Of a stretch of 64,000 nucleotides of DNA, positions 37,034-45,409 are shown piece by piece. Source of the stretch: a virus (Duplodnaviria; Caudoviricetes); IMG/VR virus record IMGVR_UViG_3300033066_000895, positions 5,260-69,259 of that record. One strand, given 5' to 3'. The notes under the pieces are model-generated. The model saw only the letters and a program-made list of their open reading frames with translations. It did not search any database and was not told the origin of the DNA. A program made the position numbers and the translations under genes. How positions within the stretch are numbered: position 1 is the stretch's first letter; each line of letters opens with the position of its first letter.

Positions 37034-38305
37034 ATGTCTAAAACCTCTACCATTATGGACCAAATCAATTTCAAGGAAGAAGCGGCAGTATTGATTGACA
37101 AGCTTTACGCTCGTGACATGCTCATATTGCTTGGCGTCGACGATGCAGACGAATGGCTTCGCAAAATGTCAATGATGGACGGATCGACCAAAAGGAACAC
37201 AACAAATCGACCGTTTAAAAAGGTGCTCGGTGAACGATATGCCAGTGATATGCTACGTAAGAAATGGCCTTACAATGGCGAATCGATGGTTTTCGACAAG
37301 AACGGGAACACCGTCAGTGCTCAACATAGAGCATATGGACTGATTCGAGCAGAAAAGCTTCGGAAGCTGAATCCCGAAAAGTACCCTCAGTGGAAAGGCG
37401 AGGTTTACATTAAGGCTTTAATTGCGACAGGTATTGATCCGAAGGATTCAGACTCGACCGATCAAGGTGCTCCCCGTGCTCATGGTGACGTGCTGTTTCG
37501 ACGTGGTATCTTCGATAAGTATGTGAACTCGGATAAGACCGAGCAATTCAATCTGGCCGACAAGAAAAAGCTTGCTCGTGACTTGGCTACAGCGATCCGC
37601 ACAGTTTGGTTACGAGTCGGTGGCAAGGATGTCAGTGATGCTCCACACTTCCCGAAGTCGGAAATGTTGGATTTCCTCGAAAAGCATCCGAAGATTGTCG
37701 ACTGTGTCGCCTACGTCTATGAAGAAGACGACCGGCAAATCAAGTCAATCTGCTCGACTGTTACCCGATCGTACATGGCAGCAGTTATGTATCTGGCAGC
37801 AACCAGTGGAACGGATCGAGACGACTACGATGCAACAGGTGATGTTGATACCAGTTGCATGCAAGTTGCCGAAGACTTTGTTGCGAGTTATGGTAGTGGT
37901 GCAGGTCTGGAAGCGGGAGACCCTATCCTTGCACTCAAGAATGCGTTCCAGAAACAGATTGCTTCCGGAAAGACTCGTGATCGTGACGAAATCCTGAATC
38001 TGCTGGTGAAAGCATTTACGCTGTTCATCGATCAGAAAGAAGCGGATGGAAAGATTCTGACGATCGGCAAGGATGAGGCACAACCACGTCTTGGAGGATT
38101 AGACACAGTTGTCGAATCGCCAGAAGATGATGACGACGAGGAAGCCGAAGAAAAGCCGAAGAAGACCGTCAAGAAAGCAACCAAGAAAGCGGTGAAGAAG
38201 ACCGTCAAGAAAGCAACCAAGAAAGCTGTGAAGAAGCCTAAAACGTTGCTTGATGATGTCGACGTCGATTCTGATGACGATATGGATGACGACTCTGACG
38301 AGTAG
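37034..38305 (+). CDS. ParB-like (DGQHR-type) protein with histone H1-like tail
   Basis: W..NGES.VFD.NG..VSAQHR; tail KKTVKKATKKAV x2 then acidic end; upstream TTGAAT-17-TAATGT at 36932-36960. Confidence 0.6.
   Translation: MSKTSTIMDQINFKEEAAVLIDKLYARDMLILLGVDDADEWLRKMSMMDGSTKRNTTNRPFKKVLGERYASDMLRKKWPYNGESMVFDKNGNTVSAQHRAYGLIRAEKLRKLNPEKYPQWKGEVYIKALIATGIDPKDSDSTDQGAPRAHGDVLFRRGIFDKYVNSDKTEQFNLADKKKLARDLATAIRTVWLRVGGKDVSDAPHFPKSEMLDFLEKHPKIVDCVAYVYEEDDRQIKSICSTVTRSYMAAVMYLAATSGTDRDDYDATGDVDTSCMQVAEDFVASYGSGAGLEAGDPILALKNAFQKQIASGKTRDRDEILNLLVKAFTLFIDQKEADGKILTIGKDEAQPRLGGLDTVVESPEDDDDEEAEEKPKKTVKKATKKAVKKTVKKATKKAVKKPKTLLDDVDVDSDDDMDDDSDE
38158..38229 (+). repeat. 36-nt tandem repeat (2 copies)
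   Basis: gaagaagaccgtcaagaaagcaaccaagaaagc[gg/tg]t. Confidence 0.9.
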
Positions 38306-38566
38306 TCTGAGTCAAGTTGTGTGTTTCATTTGAAAGGATAGTCAATTGAATTGTTACATTTACGGCAATCTAGGCTCCCGGTTAATCTGTCTATCAATCT
38401 TACGTCTTAGATGTGGTGACGATGGACGACCAGACGAACGACCAGCATGGATTGCAGTATCAGAAGCATCTGAAATGGGATACACCAGCACCAAACTCAG
38501 ATACCAGTTTTACAAGGAATCCAAACTGAGAGGTGAAATGCGGCACTGATTAGACCGCTAAAACAG

Positions 38567-38610
38567 AAACCGGATATGATTTATATGTCATATCCGGTTT
38601 TTTCGTTTTT
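38567..38610 (+). terminator. intrinsic terminator
   Basis: AAACCGGATATGA-8-TCATATCCGGTTT followed by T-rich run. Confidence 0.8.
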
Positions 38611-38646
38611 TATTAAAAGTGAAATTTCTACCGGCCTCGACCACCT

Positions 38647-38889
38647 CTAGGACGTGGTTTCGGTTTCGGACGTTGACAACCACTCTTCATTGAACTCTTC
38701 TCCTGATAAATTGGCACGGAACCAGAGACCTAACGGACAATCATTTTCGATCATCCGAACCTTTAAAGCAAGGACGCAATTACAAGCGATGCAGACACCA
38801 TTAGAGGCTTTGCGGTCGCAGGACGTACAAACGGTCATCCTAGCCTGTTGGATGGCGGGAGACGCGGAGGAAGGGAGGAAGGAATCCAT
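38647..38889 (-). CDS. small Cys-rich protein
   Basis: R..VC.SC...C..C.C...K......CP..W module, also present at the C-terminus of 39380-40894. Confidence 0.6.
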   Translation of the reverse strand: MDSFLPSSASPAIQQARMTVCTSCDRKASNGVCIACNCVLALKVRMIENDCPLGLWFRANLSGEEFNEEWLSTSETETTS

Positions 38890-38891
38890 TT

Positions 38892-39380
38892 TTAACCAAA
38901 TAGGAGTATCATTGACATGATCTGAACCAGTGTCCCAGACATGTCGAGTGTTTTGTGAGAACTATCTACGGCAATCGATCCATAACGGACAATCATTGAT
39001 CGATCTTTAGCGGTTGGCAAAATGATCGTTCCGAGCGTATATCCGTTCGATGCTCCAGTAGCGATCTGGATCGAATTCGCGTTTGCAGAGTCGGAGACGA
39101 ATAATGCTGCTCTCAAATGCAATCCAGTCATATCGAGCGTAGGCTGATTCGTTGCAGTCAATGCCGTCAGGTCCAGTGTTTTGGCACCAGCAATAAGAGC
39201 AATATCCCCTCCCCAAATTTGAGTAACAGCGGGAGTTGACGTTGCGTTTAGTGTGAGCTTTGGTGCGATCGACTTGAGGTCATAGACAAACTGTGGATCA
39301 GCTAATCCGTTTGTGCTTAACCCACGTGTACAAGTAGCGTGAAGCAATGTATTGAAGTCAGCATTGACGGTCGTTGTCAT
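38892..39380 (-). CDS. putative virion protein
   Basis: Beta-rich, T/A/G-rich; structural operon context. Confidence 0.6.
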   Translation of the reverse strand: MTTTVNADFNTLLHATCTRGLSTNGLADPQFVYDLKSIAPKLTLNATSTPAVTQIWGGDIALIAGAKTLDLTALTATNQPTLDMTGLHLRAALFVSDSANANSIQIATGASNGYTLGTIILPTAKDRSMIVRYGSIAVDSSHKTLDMSGTLVQIMSMILLFG

Positions 39381-40894
39381 TATTCGGCCTTATTCCAACG
39401 TGGAGGGTTATCAGGACAGCGGGAGGATATATTTGCCAGTTTGTTTAATAGGTTTTGTTTTCGAGTTACATTGCATCCGCACAAATCACATCCACCGTCA
39501 ATTAAGTGAGAACATTGTTCGCAGATTTTAAACCTCTCGTCAATGACAGATTGAGGAGCGAGTTTACCCTGAACAGCAGTATTGACCATTGTTGAAGCAA
39601 ATGATTTAGCACGTTCTATCATTGATAGAGGCTTCGCCTTTTGGGGGAGAATGGTAGGAGGATTCAATTCAAGCAGATCACACGAGCCGCAAGATTGGAC
39701 AAATCTATTGCCGAGATTGTTTTTCTCTTCATCAGTTTGGACACAGAGTCTTTTATGTGGACATCGGTAAATCTGAATACCGGATTTCTTATCGGTTGAC
39801 GCAACCCCTCTACGGTGTTTGCATGCTTTCTCATCCAAGAGCGTAGCAGAATTAGTTTCCTTAACAGCTTGAACAGTGACTTTTATTTTTGATTGCGTTT
39901 CTTTATTGATGAAACGTCTGACGGTATCTTTTCCTCGCATTGAATGGACGATAGCAGGATTGATCATCGACTGTTCAGCGGTCATCCAATCTTCGTATTT
40001 CCACGGTTTACCATCCGGTAGTTTATCCTTGAAATTTCCTACCCAGTCACATGCCCATACATCACTGAGGTTTTGTACTGTATTCAATTCGTAGTTTGGT
40101 ACAAGAGTCTGGCCGACAACAGCTAATGGAGGTTCGTCAGAAACCATAGGGTGTGTAGCTTTCATCTTGTTCGCAATGCCTTCAACAAGATCGGCAATCA
40201 GTTTGATGTCTGTCCGTCTGACGATCCACATCCCCCCATTTGTTGACCAGATTTTTTTTCCAGAGCATCCGAGGGATTTCATGATGTCAAGTACTTGAGG
40301 AAATTTCATTGTCCACCAGTCTGGCCATCTGACTTTAGGCGATGTCAATTCTCCTTCCATTGAAATCCAGCACGGGTTATCTCGGATTAAGTTTTTGAGA
40401 TTACCGGGATGACGAACAAAATAGTTATCGGCATCTAGCCAAACGCAATAGTCATATGTTGTATTTTCTAGTTTCCTGAGGAAGTCGAGTTTTGCGAGAT
40501 GATTTCTCCAAGGAGTATTTTTTGGAATCTCATGAAATTCAAATCCTTTTACTTTCCAAGGAGAAAAAAGGTGAAAGTCTTCCGATACCCCTGAATCTCT
40601 AGCAGATTTTAACAGCATATGGATTAGGGGAATATCTGCCGCTCGGTTGGTTCCCGTGAAATAGCAGAAGTTTGACTTGTCTTGCATTTCAATAACACTA
40701 TGTTCTTTTCGTAGTGGGCACCCCTCACAGACATTGTAACTGCTGCCAATAGCTATATTTTTCTCGGCTTGTGTTTCTACACAGTAAGGAACACTGATTT
40801 CAGGATGTTCGCACTTTAGAACTGTAATATGAGGATCAGTACCTGCCCCCATATCACGGATAAATTCAATTTTTCCTAGATGAATACAGACCAC
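39380..40894 (-). CDS. glycosyltransferase (DxD) flanked by Cys-rich modules
   Basis: YDYCVWLDADNYF, NGGMWI, SDEP; Cys-rich N- and C-terminal modules. Confidence 0.65.
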   Translation of the reverse strand: MVCIHLGKIEFIRDMGAGTDPHITVLKCEHPEISVPYCVETQAEKNIAIGSSYNVCEGCPLRKEHSVIEMQDKSNFCYFTGTNRAADIPLIHMLLKSARDSGVSEDFHLFSPWKVKGFEFHEIPKNTPWRNHLAKLDFLRKLENTTYDYCVWLDADNYFVRHPGNLKNLIRDNPCWISMEGELTSPKVRWPDWWTMKFPQVLDIMKSLGCSGKKIWSTNGGMWIVRRTDIKLIADLVEGIANKMKATHPMVSDEPPLAVVGQTLVPNYELNTVQNLSDVWACDWVGNFKDKLPDGKPWKYEDWMTAEQSMINPAIVHSMRGKDTVRRFINKETQSKIKVTVQAVKETNSATLLDEKACKHRRGVASTDKKSGIQIYRCPHKRLCVQTDEEKNNLGNRFVQSCGSCDLLELNPPTILPQKAKPLSMIERAKSFASTMVNTAVQGKLAPQSVIDERFKICEQCSHLIDGGCDLCGCNVTRKQNLLNKLANISSRCPDNPPRWNKAE

Positions 40895-40903
40895 GATATA
40901 CCT

Positions 40904-41857
40904 CTAAGACAGACTGCAAGCAACATGAAGATTCTCCCCATCAATTGTAGGGTACCCGTGTACACAATAAAAGTCGCAGGTAGGATCAACCTCACTTAAT
41001 TCATCGTCGTTTGTAATACAACTCATACATCCGGGTGGGTCGCAGTTATTGCTTGCGTAGGTCCAAACAATATTCCCAATTCGTCCAGCGTCACAACCAG
41101 TACATAATGGTGACTGATCTCCACCAACACGATCTATAGCGACGTAATTACAGTTACCAGTACATGCCCCTGAACTGCTCGATGAACTGGAACTTGATGA
41201 CGAAGATGAACTGGATGAACTGGATGAACTAGAACTACTACTCGATGAAGATGAAGACGAACTGCTACTCGATGAAGATGAACTTGAACTGCATGATCGA
41301 CCACGGACGATGATATTAGAGGAGATAACCAATTCTGGATCAGTTGAAACACAGTCTCCGTCTGCTGTTTGGTCCCAAAGCAAAAATTCGTTTTCCCCGT
41401 AGCACAGTAAATCATTAGGAACATATGTGACTGTAATTGATGAAGTATGACTTGGATTCCAGAACTTCAGAATTAGTTCTACTTGACTGTCCCCAAGTAT
41501 AATGCTGGAGGAACTGGAAATAGAAACGATTTTGAGTGTTGCTTCTACATCAGAGTCGGTACCTGTGTAATCCCATTGACAGATTGGATCAACAATCTGT
41601 TTTTGCTTGCATACAGTACCTGATAAAAGTTCAATAGTCTGATCAGCAATAGAGACGATATCACAGTCTACTTGAGCTAACGATGCCCCCGACCAATCTA
41701 CTTCAAAACAGTTACAGCAGCACGAGTCGACAGGTCCGACACTGATACAAGGTTTACACTTCAACCTACTTCTATATAGAACGGACGCTCCGCTAGCTAC
41801 TGTAAGAGAAGAGTCACAGAGAGGAGAAAATCCTTTTTGTTCTGATTGGATTCTCAT
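40904..41857 (-). CDS. Cys-rich virion-type protein with ~40-residue poly-Ser linker (paralogue C)
   Basis: MRI.S..GF.PLC.S.L.V N-terminus; poly-Ser at 41171-41290. Confidence 0.65.
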   Translation of the reverse strand: MRIQSEQKGFSPLCDSSLTVASGASVLYRSRLKCKPCISVGPVDSCCCNCFEVDWSGASLAQVDCDIVSIADQTIELLSGTVCKQKQIVDPICQWDYTGTDSDVEATLKIVSISSSSSIILGDSQVELILKFWNPSHTSSITVTYVPNDLLCYGENEFLLWDQTADGDCVSTDPELVISSNIIVRGRSCSSSSSSSSSSSSSSSSSSSSSSSSSSSSSSSSSSSSSSSSGACTGNCNYVAIDRVGGDQSPLCTGCDAGRIGNIVWTYASNNCDPPGCMSCITNDDELSEVDPTCDFYCVHGYPTIDGENLHVACSLS

Positions 41858-42648
41858 GATGGACACGGGACTCCTCTAATACTTAGTTCTGACGGCAGAT
41901 TGCAATTGTTTGGGTCACCACTGCAACCACCACTGATACCACCAGCAGTACCACCGATTACCCCGCACATAGTAGAGGATGAAGCAGCACTGTAGGTAAA
42001 CAGTCCTCCAGATGCCGAAAAATCAGGACATGTATAAACCGCAAATATTTCGTAAACCAGACCGCCAAACCCAGTTACTTTCGGACGTTCAAACGCAATA
42101 AAAAATGCAGCACCAATCTTTCCGCCTCTATCGGGTACCATATGTGACCAGAGGTAATACGCTTCATAGTAAGTCGATCCTCCAAATGCAGAAGATGAAC
42201 TCAGATGATCATCCCCCGCCCCCCACAGACATCCAATGTCATTTATATTCTGAGTACATTGAACAAGCCCACTAGGAACGTATCCTAATATAAGTCTATC
42301 TGTGTTTGGTATTGTGTCTGATGTTAGAGTAATTGTTTTCGGGGTAGTTAATGCTTTCAATTGACTGCATATTGTAGTGTATCCTGTATCAAATCCAAAT
42401 TCAGTAAACCCACCTGTACCAGTATAAAGCTGCGGAAGATCGACTTGGAAGCAACCACAAACGCATACGTAATTAGCGGGGTTATGACCTGCCCTTATAC
42501 ACGGTTCACACCTCATTTTTCCGTTGTCTAAGCTGTCAACAATAACTTGTCGGTATAAAATTGGGCGGGGTTGCATTGTCTCTGCATTTGCAACAACCAT
42601 AGGACTGGAACATAGCGGATCAAAATTACCATCTGATACGATTCTCAT
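41854..42648 (-). CDS. Cys-rich virion-type protein (paralogue B)
   Basis: MRIVSDGNFDPLC...CEPC...CVCGCF. Confidence 0.65.
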   Translation of the reverse strand: MRIVSDGNFDPLCSSPMVVANAETMQPRPILYRQVIVDSLDNGKMRCEPCIRAGHNPANYVCVCGCFQVDLPQLYTGTGGFTEFGFDTGYTTICSQLKALTTPKTITLTSDTIPNTDRLILGYVPSGLVQCTQNINDIGCLWGAGDDHLSSSSAFGGSTYYEAYYLWSHMVPDRGGKIGAAFFIAFERPKVTGFGGLVYEIFAVYTCPDFSASGGLFTYSAASSSTMCGVIGGTAGGISGGCSGDPNNCNLPSELSIRGVPCPS

Positions 42649-42657
42649 GATTTAATT

Positions 42658-43383
42658 CTAATGGTGGCATTGATAACTGTAATGAGACGATCGCCATTGG
42701 TTATCCCACGGAGAACCTGATATGATAATTTTGTCTGGCCAAGTCGTTGTCGATACAAACCCTGATGATCCCCCATTTGAATCGAATGTGAATTCATTTG
42801 ATCCGCAAATCATTTTGTCTGGAGTTTTCAGATATGTTGCAAAGGCAACAAGAACTCCTGTTGATACTGATCTCGCCTCGATCATCACAGTCAAAACAGT
42901 ATTCATTCCAAAATATGTTGGCGGGTAGGCAAGTATATCATTCGCATACGTCATTGAGTAAGGTGTCGTTCCGACACGATTCCATTCAACAACTCCATTA
43001 GCATAGCCACGAATATCATAACCCGGTAATCCTAACCCATCAATTGTTGTTGGGGTTATTTCATCTGTATCCAAATTCTCAGATGCCCAACCACACAAAT
43101 CCGCAGTTCCCGGTTGTCCCGCATCATTGTAGTACCGCATCATCACATTATTGACTGCCCCTGTTACTACAGTGTAGGTAGTCATGCCGGACGTGAACAC
43201 ATGAGTCATTGACGGCAAATTAAACTTAAAATTATTGTCACAACATCCGCATTCGGTTTCTTCTGGTGTAACACAAGGTTTACAACTCCATCCAGTAACA
43301 ACCCGTTGGAGTGATTCACGATTTGTAATAACAAGCTTTGATTCACAGAGAGGATTGAACCGCCCAAGACTTTCGATTCGCAT
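42658..43383 (-). CDS. Cys-rich virion-type protein (paralogue A)
   Basis: MRIESLGRFNPLC...CKPC...CGCC. Confidence 0.65.
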   Translation of the reverse strand: MRIESLGRFNPLCESKLVITNRESLQRVVTGWSCKPCVTPEETECGCCDNNFKFNLPSMTHVFTSGMTTYTVVTGAVNNVMMRYYNDAGQPGTADLCGWASENLDTDEITPTTIDGLGLPGYDIRGYANGVVEWNRVGTTPYSMTYANDILAYPPTYFGMNTVLTVMIEARSVSTGVLVAFATYLKTPDKMICGSNEFTFDSNGGSSGFVSTTTWPDKIIISGSPWDNQWRSSHYSYQCHH

Positions 43384-45231
43384 TTAGATTAGCTCCGCTA
43401 TTTCGAGCCAATCATCCCCTGATACGAGAACTGGGCAGCTATCCCATGCAGGATTTCCATTTGCGTCTGTATAAATCTGTCCAACCCATTGGTAGAAACC
43501 GCACTTAATAGATGATGAACTGGATGAACTAGAACTACTACTACTCGATGAAGAACTGCCAACTTCATCTGTTTCACAAATTTCAATAATGCAAGATGAC
43601 CAGTAACATCCGCTTGGAGTAGGGGCAGCACTTGAACTGGAACTAGAACTACTACTTGATGAAGCATAAAGACAAATGTCTGTCCTCATACCGTAGGTTA
43701 GAGATATCAGTCCGCTATCTGTAAAACGTGGAAACGATGCCCATTCACCTAAATCAATGATGTAAGAATAGGAAGCACCTTTTGGAGCAGAAGCACAACC
43801 GCCAACAGTAGCTTGTCTAGGACTTAGACAGTTGAAGCAATCACAACATCCACACCCAGTAGATGATCCACCACCCCCGCTTGTGGTAGATGATCCGGCA
43901 GGCCAGTCTCGGACTTTTAATTCTTGAGGATCGAGAAAGAAGTCTTCATCCCTTGACCATTCGATACGGGTTTGCCACCCACTTCCTGTATCATACCAAG
44001 TGATCGTATGGGCATTGGTACATGAATAAAGAGGCAGACATCCTTCGTATACTTTTTCAGTCGAAATAGACTGCACTACGTATTTGTAGAATATTGTAGC
44101 GAGAACTTCAGCCCGTGTGTCTAAAGTAGACTTATTAGACGGAGAAGGGTCAGAAACAAGGTCTTCTTCTGGATTTATACTTGAACTGGAGCTTGAGCTT
44201 GAACTTGTTGTTGGACAGGCTTCATCTGTGATTGCTGCATATTGTGCATCAATATCACCCCAGATGTATTTTACTAATCCCGGTACTGGTTCAAACGGAC
44301 CAAATACAGAACTGCTACTTGAAATTGATGTCAGATAATCTGAATAAGAAAACTCTTTTGTGTAAAACGGGCGAATATGCAAGTCTTGGGTATCAGAAGT
44401 GTAGACGGTTGTGAAACAAACGATCACTTTTTCTGGTATGTCAATGTGATCATTGAATACTGTACCGTCAGTCATCAGCATTGCTGGACGGCAATCGGCT
44501 TCGATCCCCTCATAAACAACATCGGGAATATCAGGACGAACGACTGAGAATGTATCGACTATGGGATCGTAAGCTAGATTCATCCCAAAACGTTGAAGGG
44601 TATCACAATAAGCATCTAGAGCAGATACGTTATTATATTGAAGCCTTTCGGCAACTTCATCATAACCATCAAACAAATCTCCGTCATGAGGAGCAGCACC
44701 AACAAGATCAGGATCAAAATGTGCCCATATGTCTGTAAGAATTTCAGTACGAGTGAAAGCACGGCAAGATGCTCCGTCATGTTTCTGTGTACCGGGAAAA
44801 TAAGCTGAGTCTTCATTGACGGGCCTTACATTATACTGGAAATCTATTTGAGATTTCATCAGTACTCGTTTATCAGCAATTTCAACAAGCATTAAAGAAT
44901 TGTCATCGTCTTCATCACCAGCAAACACACGAATTGCTTTAACGAATACAATACTTGGCATATCGATATACTGAGGGATTCCATCGACCTCATTATCAAC
45001 ACCGATTTGAAGATTGTATTGGTCCCCTTCTGTCAGCGTATCGACATCTTCTTTAACCATTAACAAATGACCGTATCCGGGGGTTGATCCAAGACCAACA
45101 CTGAATACGTTTGCCAAACCAATGAATCCAGACTCATCTAGATCATGGTCTAGACAGTTCTGGATTGTTTGGGCGGCTGAATAAATCGGTAAGTCGTTGT
45201 ACGATCCGAATTGATTGAGGGAATCAGTCAT
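43384..45231 (-). CDS. putative tail/baseplate hub-like protein with Cys-rich poly-Ser C-terminus
   Basis: Acidic 615-aa protein; four Ser runs; GCGCCDCFNC. Confidence 0.55.
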   Translation of the reverse strand: MTDSLNQFGSYNDLPIYSAAQTIQNCLDHDLDESGFIGLANVFSVGLGSTPGYGHLLMVKEDVDTLTEGDQYNLQIGVDNEVDGIPQYIDMPSIVFVKAIRVFAGDEDDDNSLMLVEIADKRVLMKSQIDFQYNVRPVNEDSAYFPGTQKHDGASCRAFTRTEILTDIWAHFDPDLVGAAPHDGDLFDGYDEVAERLQYNNVSALDAYCDTLQRFGMNLAYDPIVDTFSVVRPDIPDVVYEGIEADCRPAMLMTDGTVFNDHIDIPEKVIVCFTTVYTSDTQDLHIRPFYTKEFSYSDYLTSISSSSSVFGPFEPVPGLVKYIWGDIDAQYAAITDEACPTTSSSSSSSSSINPEEDLVSDPSPSNKSTLDTRAEVLATIFYKYVVQSISTEKVYEGCLPLYSCTNAHTITWYDTGSGWQTRIEWSRDEDFFLDPQELKVRDWPAGSSTTSGGGGSSTGCGCCDCFNCLSPRQATVGGCASAPKGASYSYIIDLGEWASFPRFTDSGLISLTYGMRTDICLYASSSSSSSSSSSAAPTPSGCYWSSCIIEICETDEVGSSSSSSSSSSSSSSSSIKCGFYQWVGQIYTDANGNPAWDSCPVLVSGDDWLEIAELI

Positions 45232-45281
45232 ATAAGCCTACGGCTTCTGGAGGAGAATAGAGCCGCAAATTCGGCTATGGG

Positions 45282-45407
45282 TTACTCGTCATCTTCTTCG
45301 GTATCATCCTGATCATCCTCGTCTGGTTCATCAACCAAAAGGACATCGATATCAACACCTTCAACTTCACTGTCAACTTTTTTGAAAATCTCTTTAATGA
45401 AAGTCAT
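45282..45407 (-). CDS. 41-aa acidic peptide
   Basis: MTFIKEIFKKVDSEV...EEDDE*; starts 2 nt after the portal stop. Confidence 0.45.
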   Translation of the reverse strand: MTFIKEIFKKVDSEVEGVDIDVLLVDEPDEDDQDDTEEDDE

Positions 45408-45409
45408 CG

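Noticed and set aside
41171-41290. Microsatellite or CRISPR-like array
   Set aside because: Synonymous Ser codon mixture within an ORF; no repeat-spacer structure
40904-45231. Diversity-generating retroelement acting on the paralogous Cys-rich genes
   Set aside because: No reverse transcriptase and no TR/VR pair with adenine-specific mismatches found
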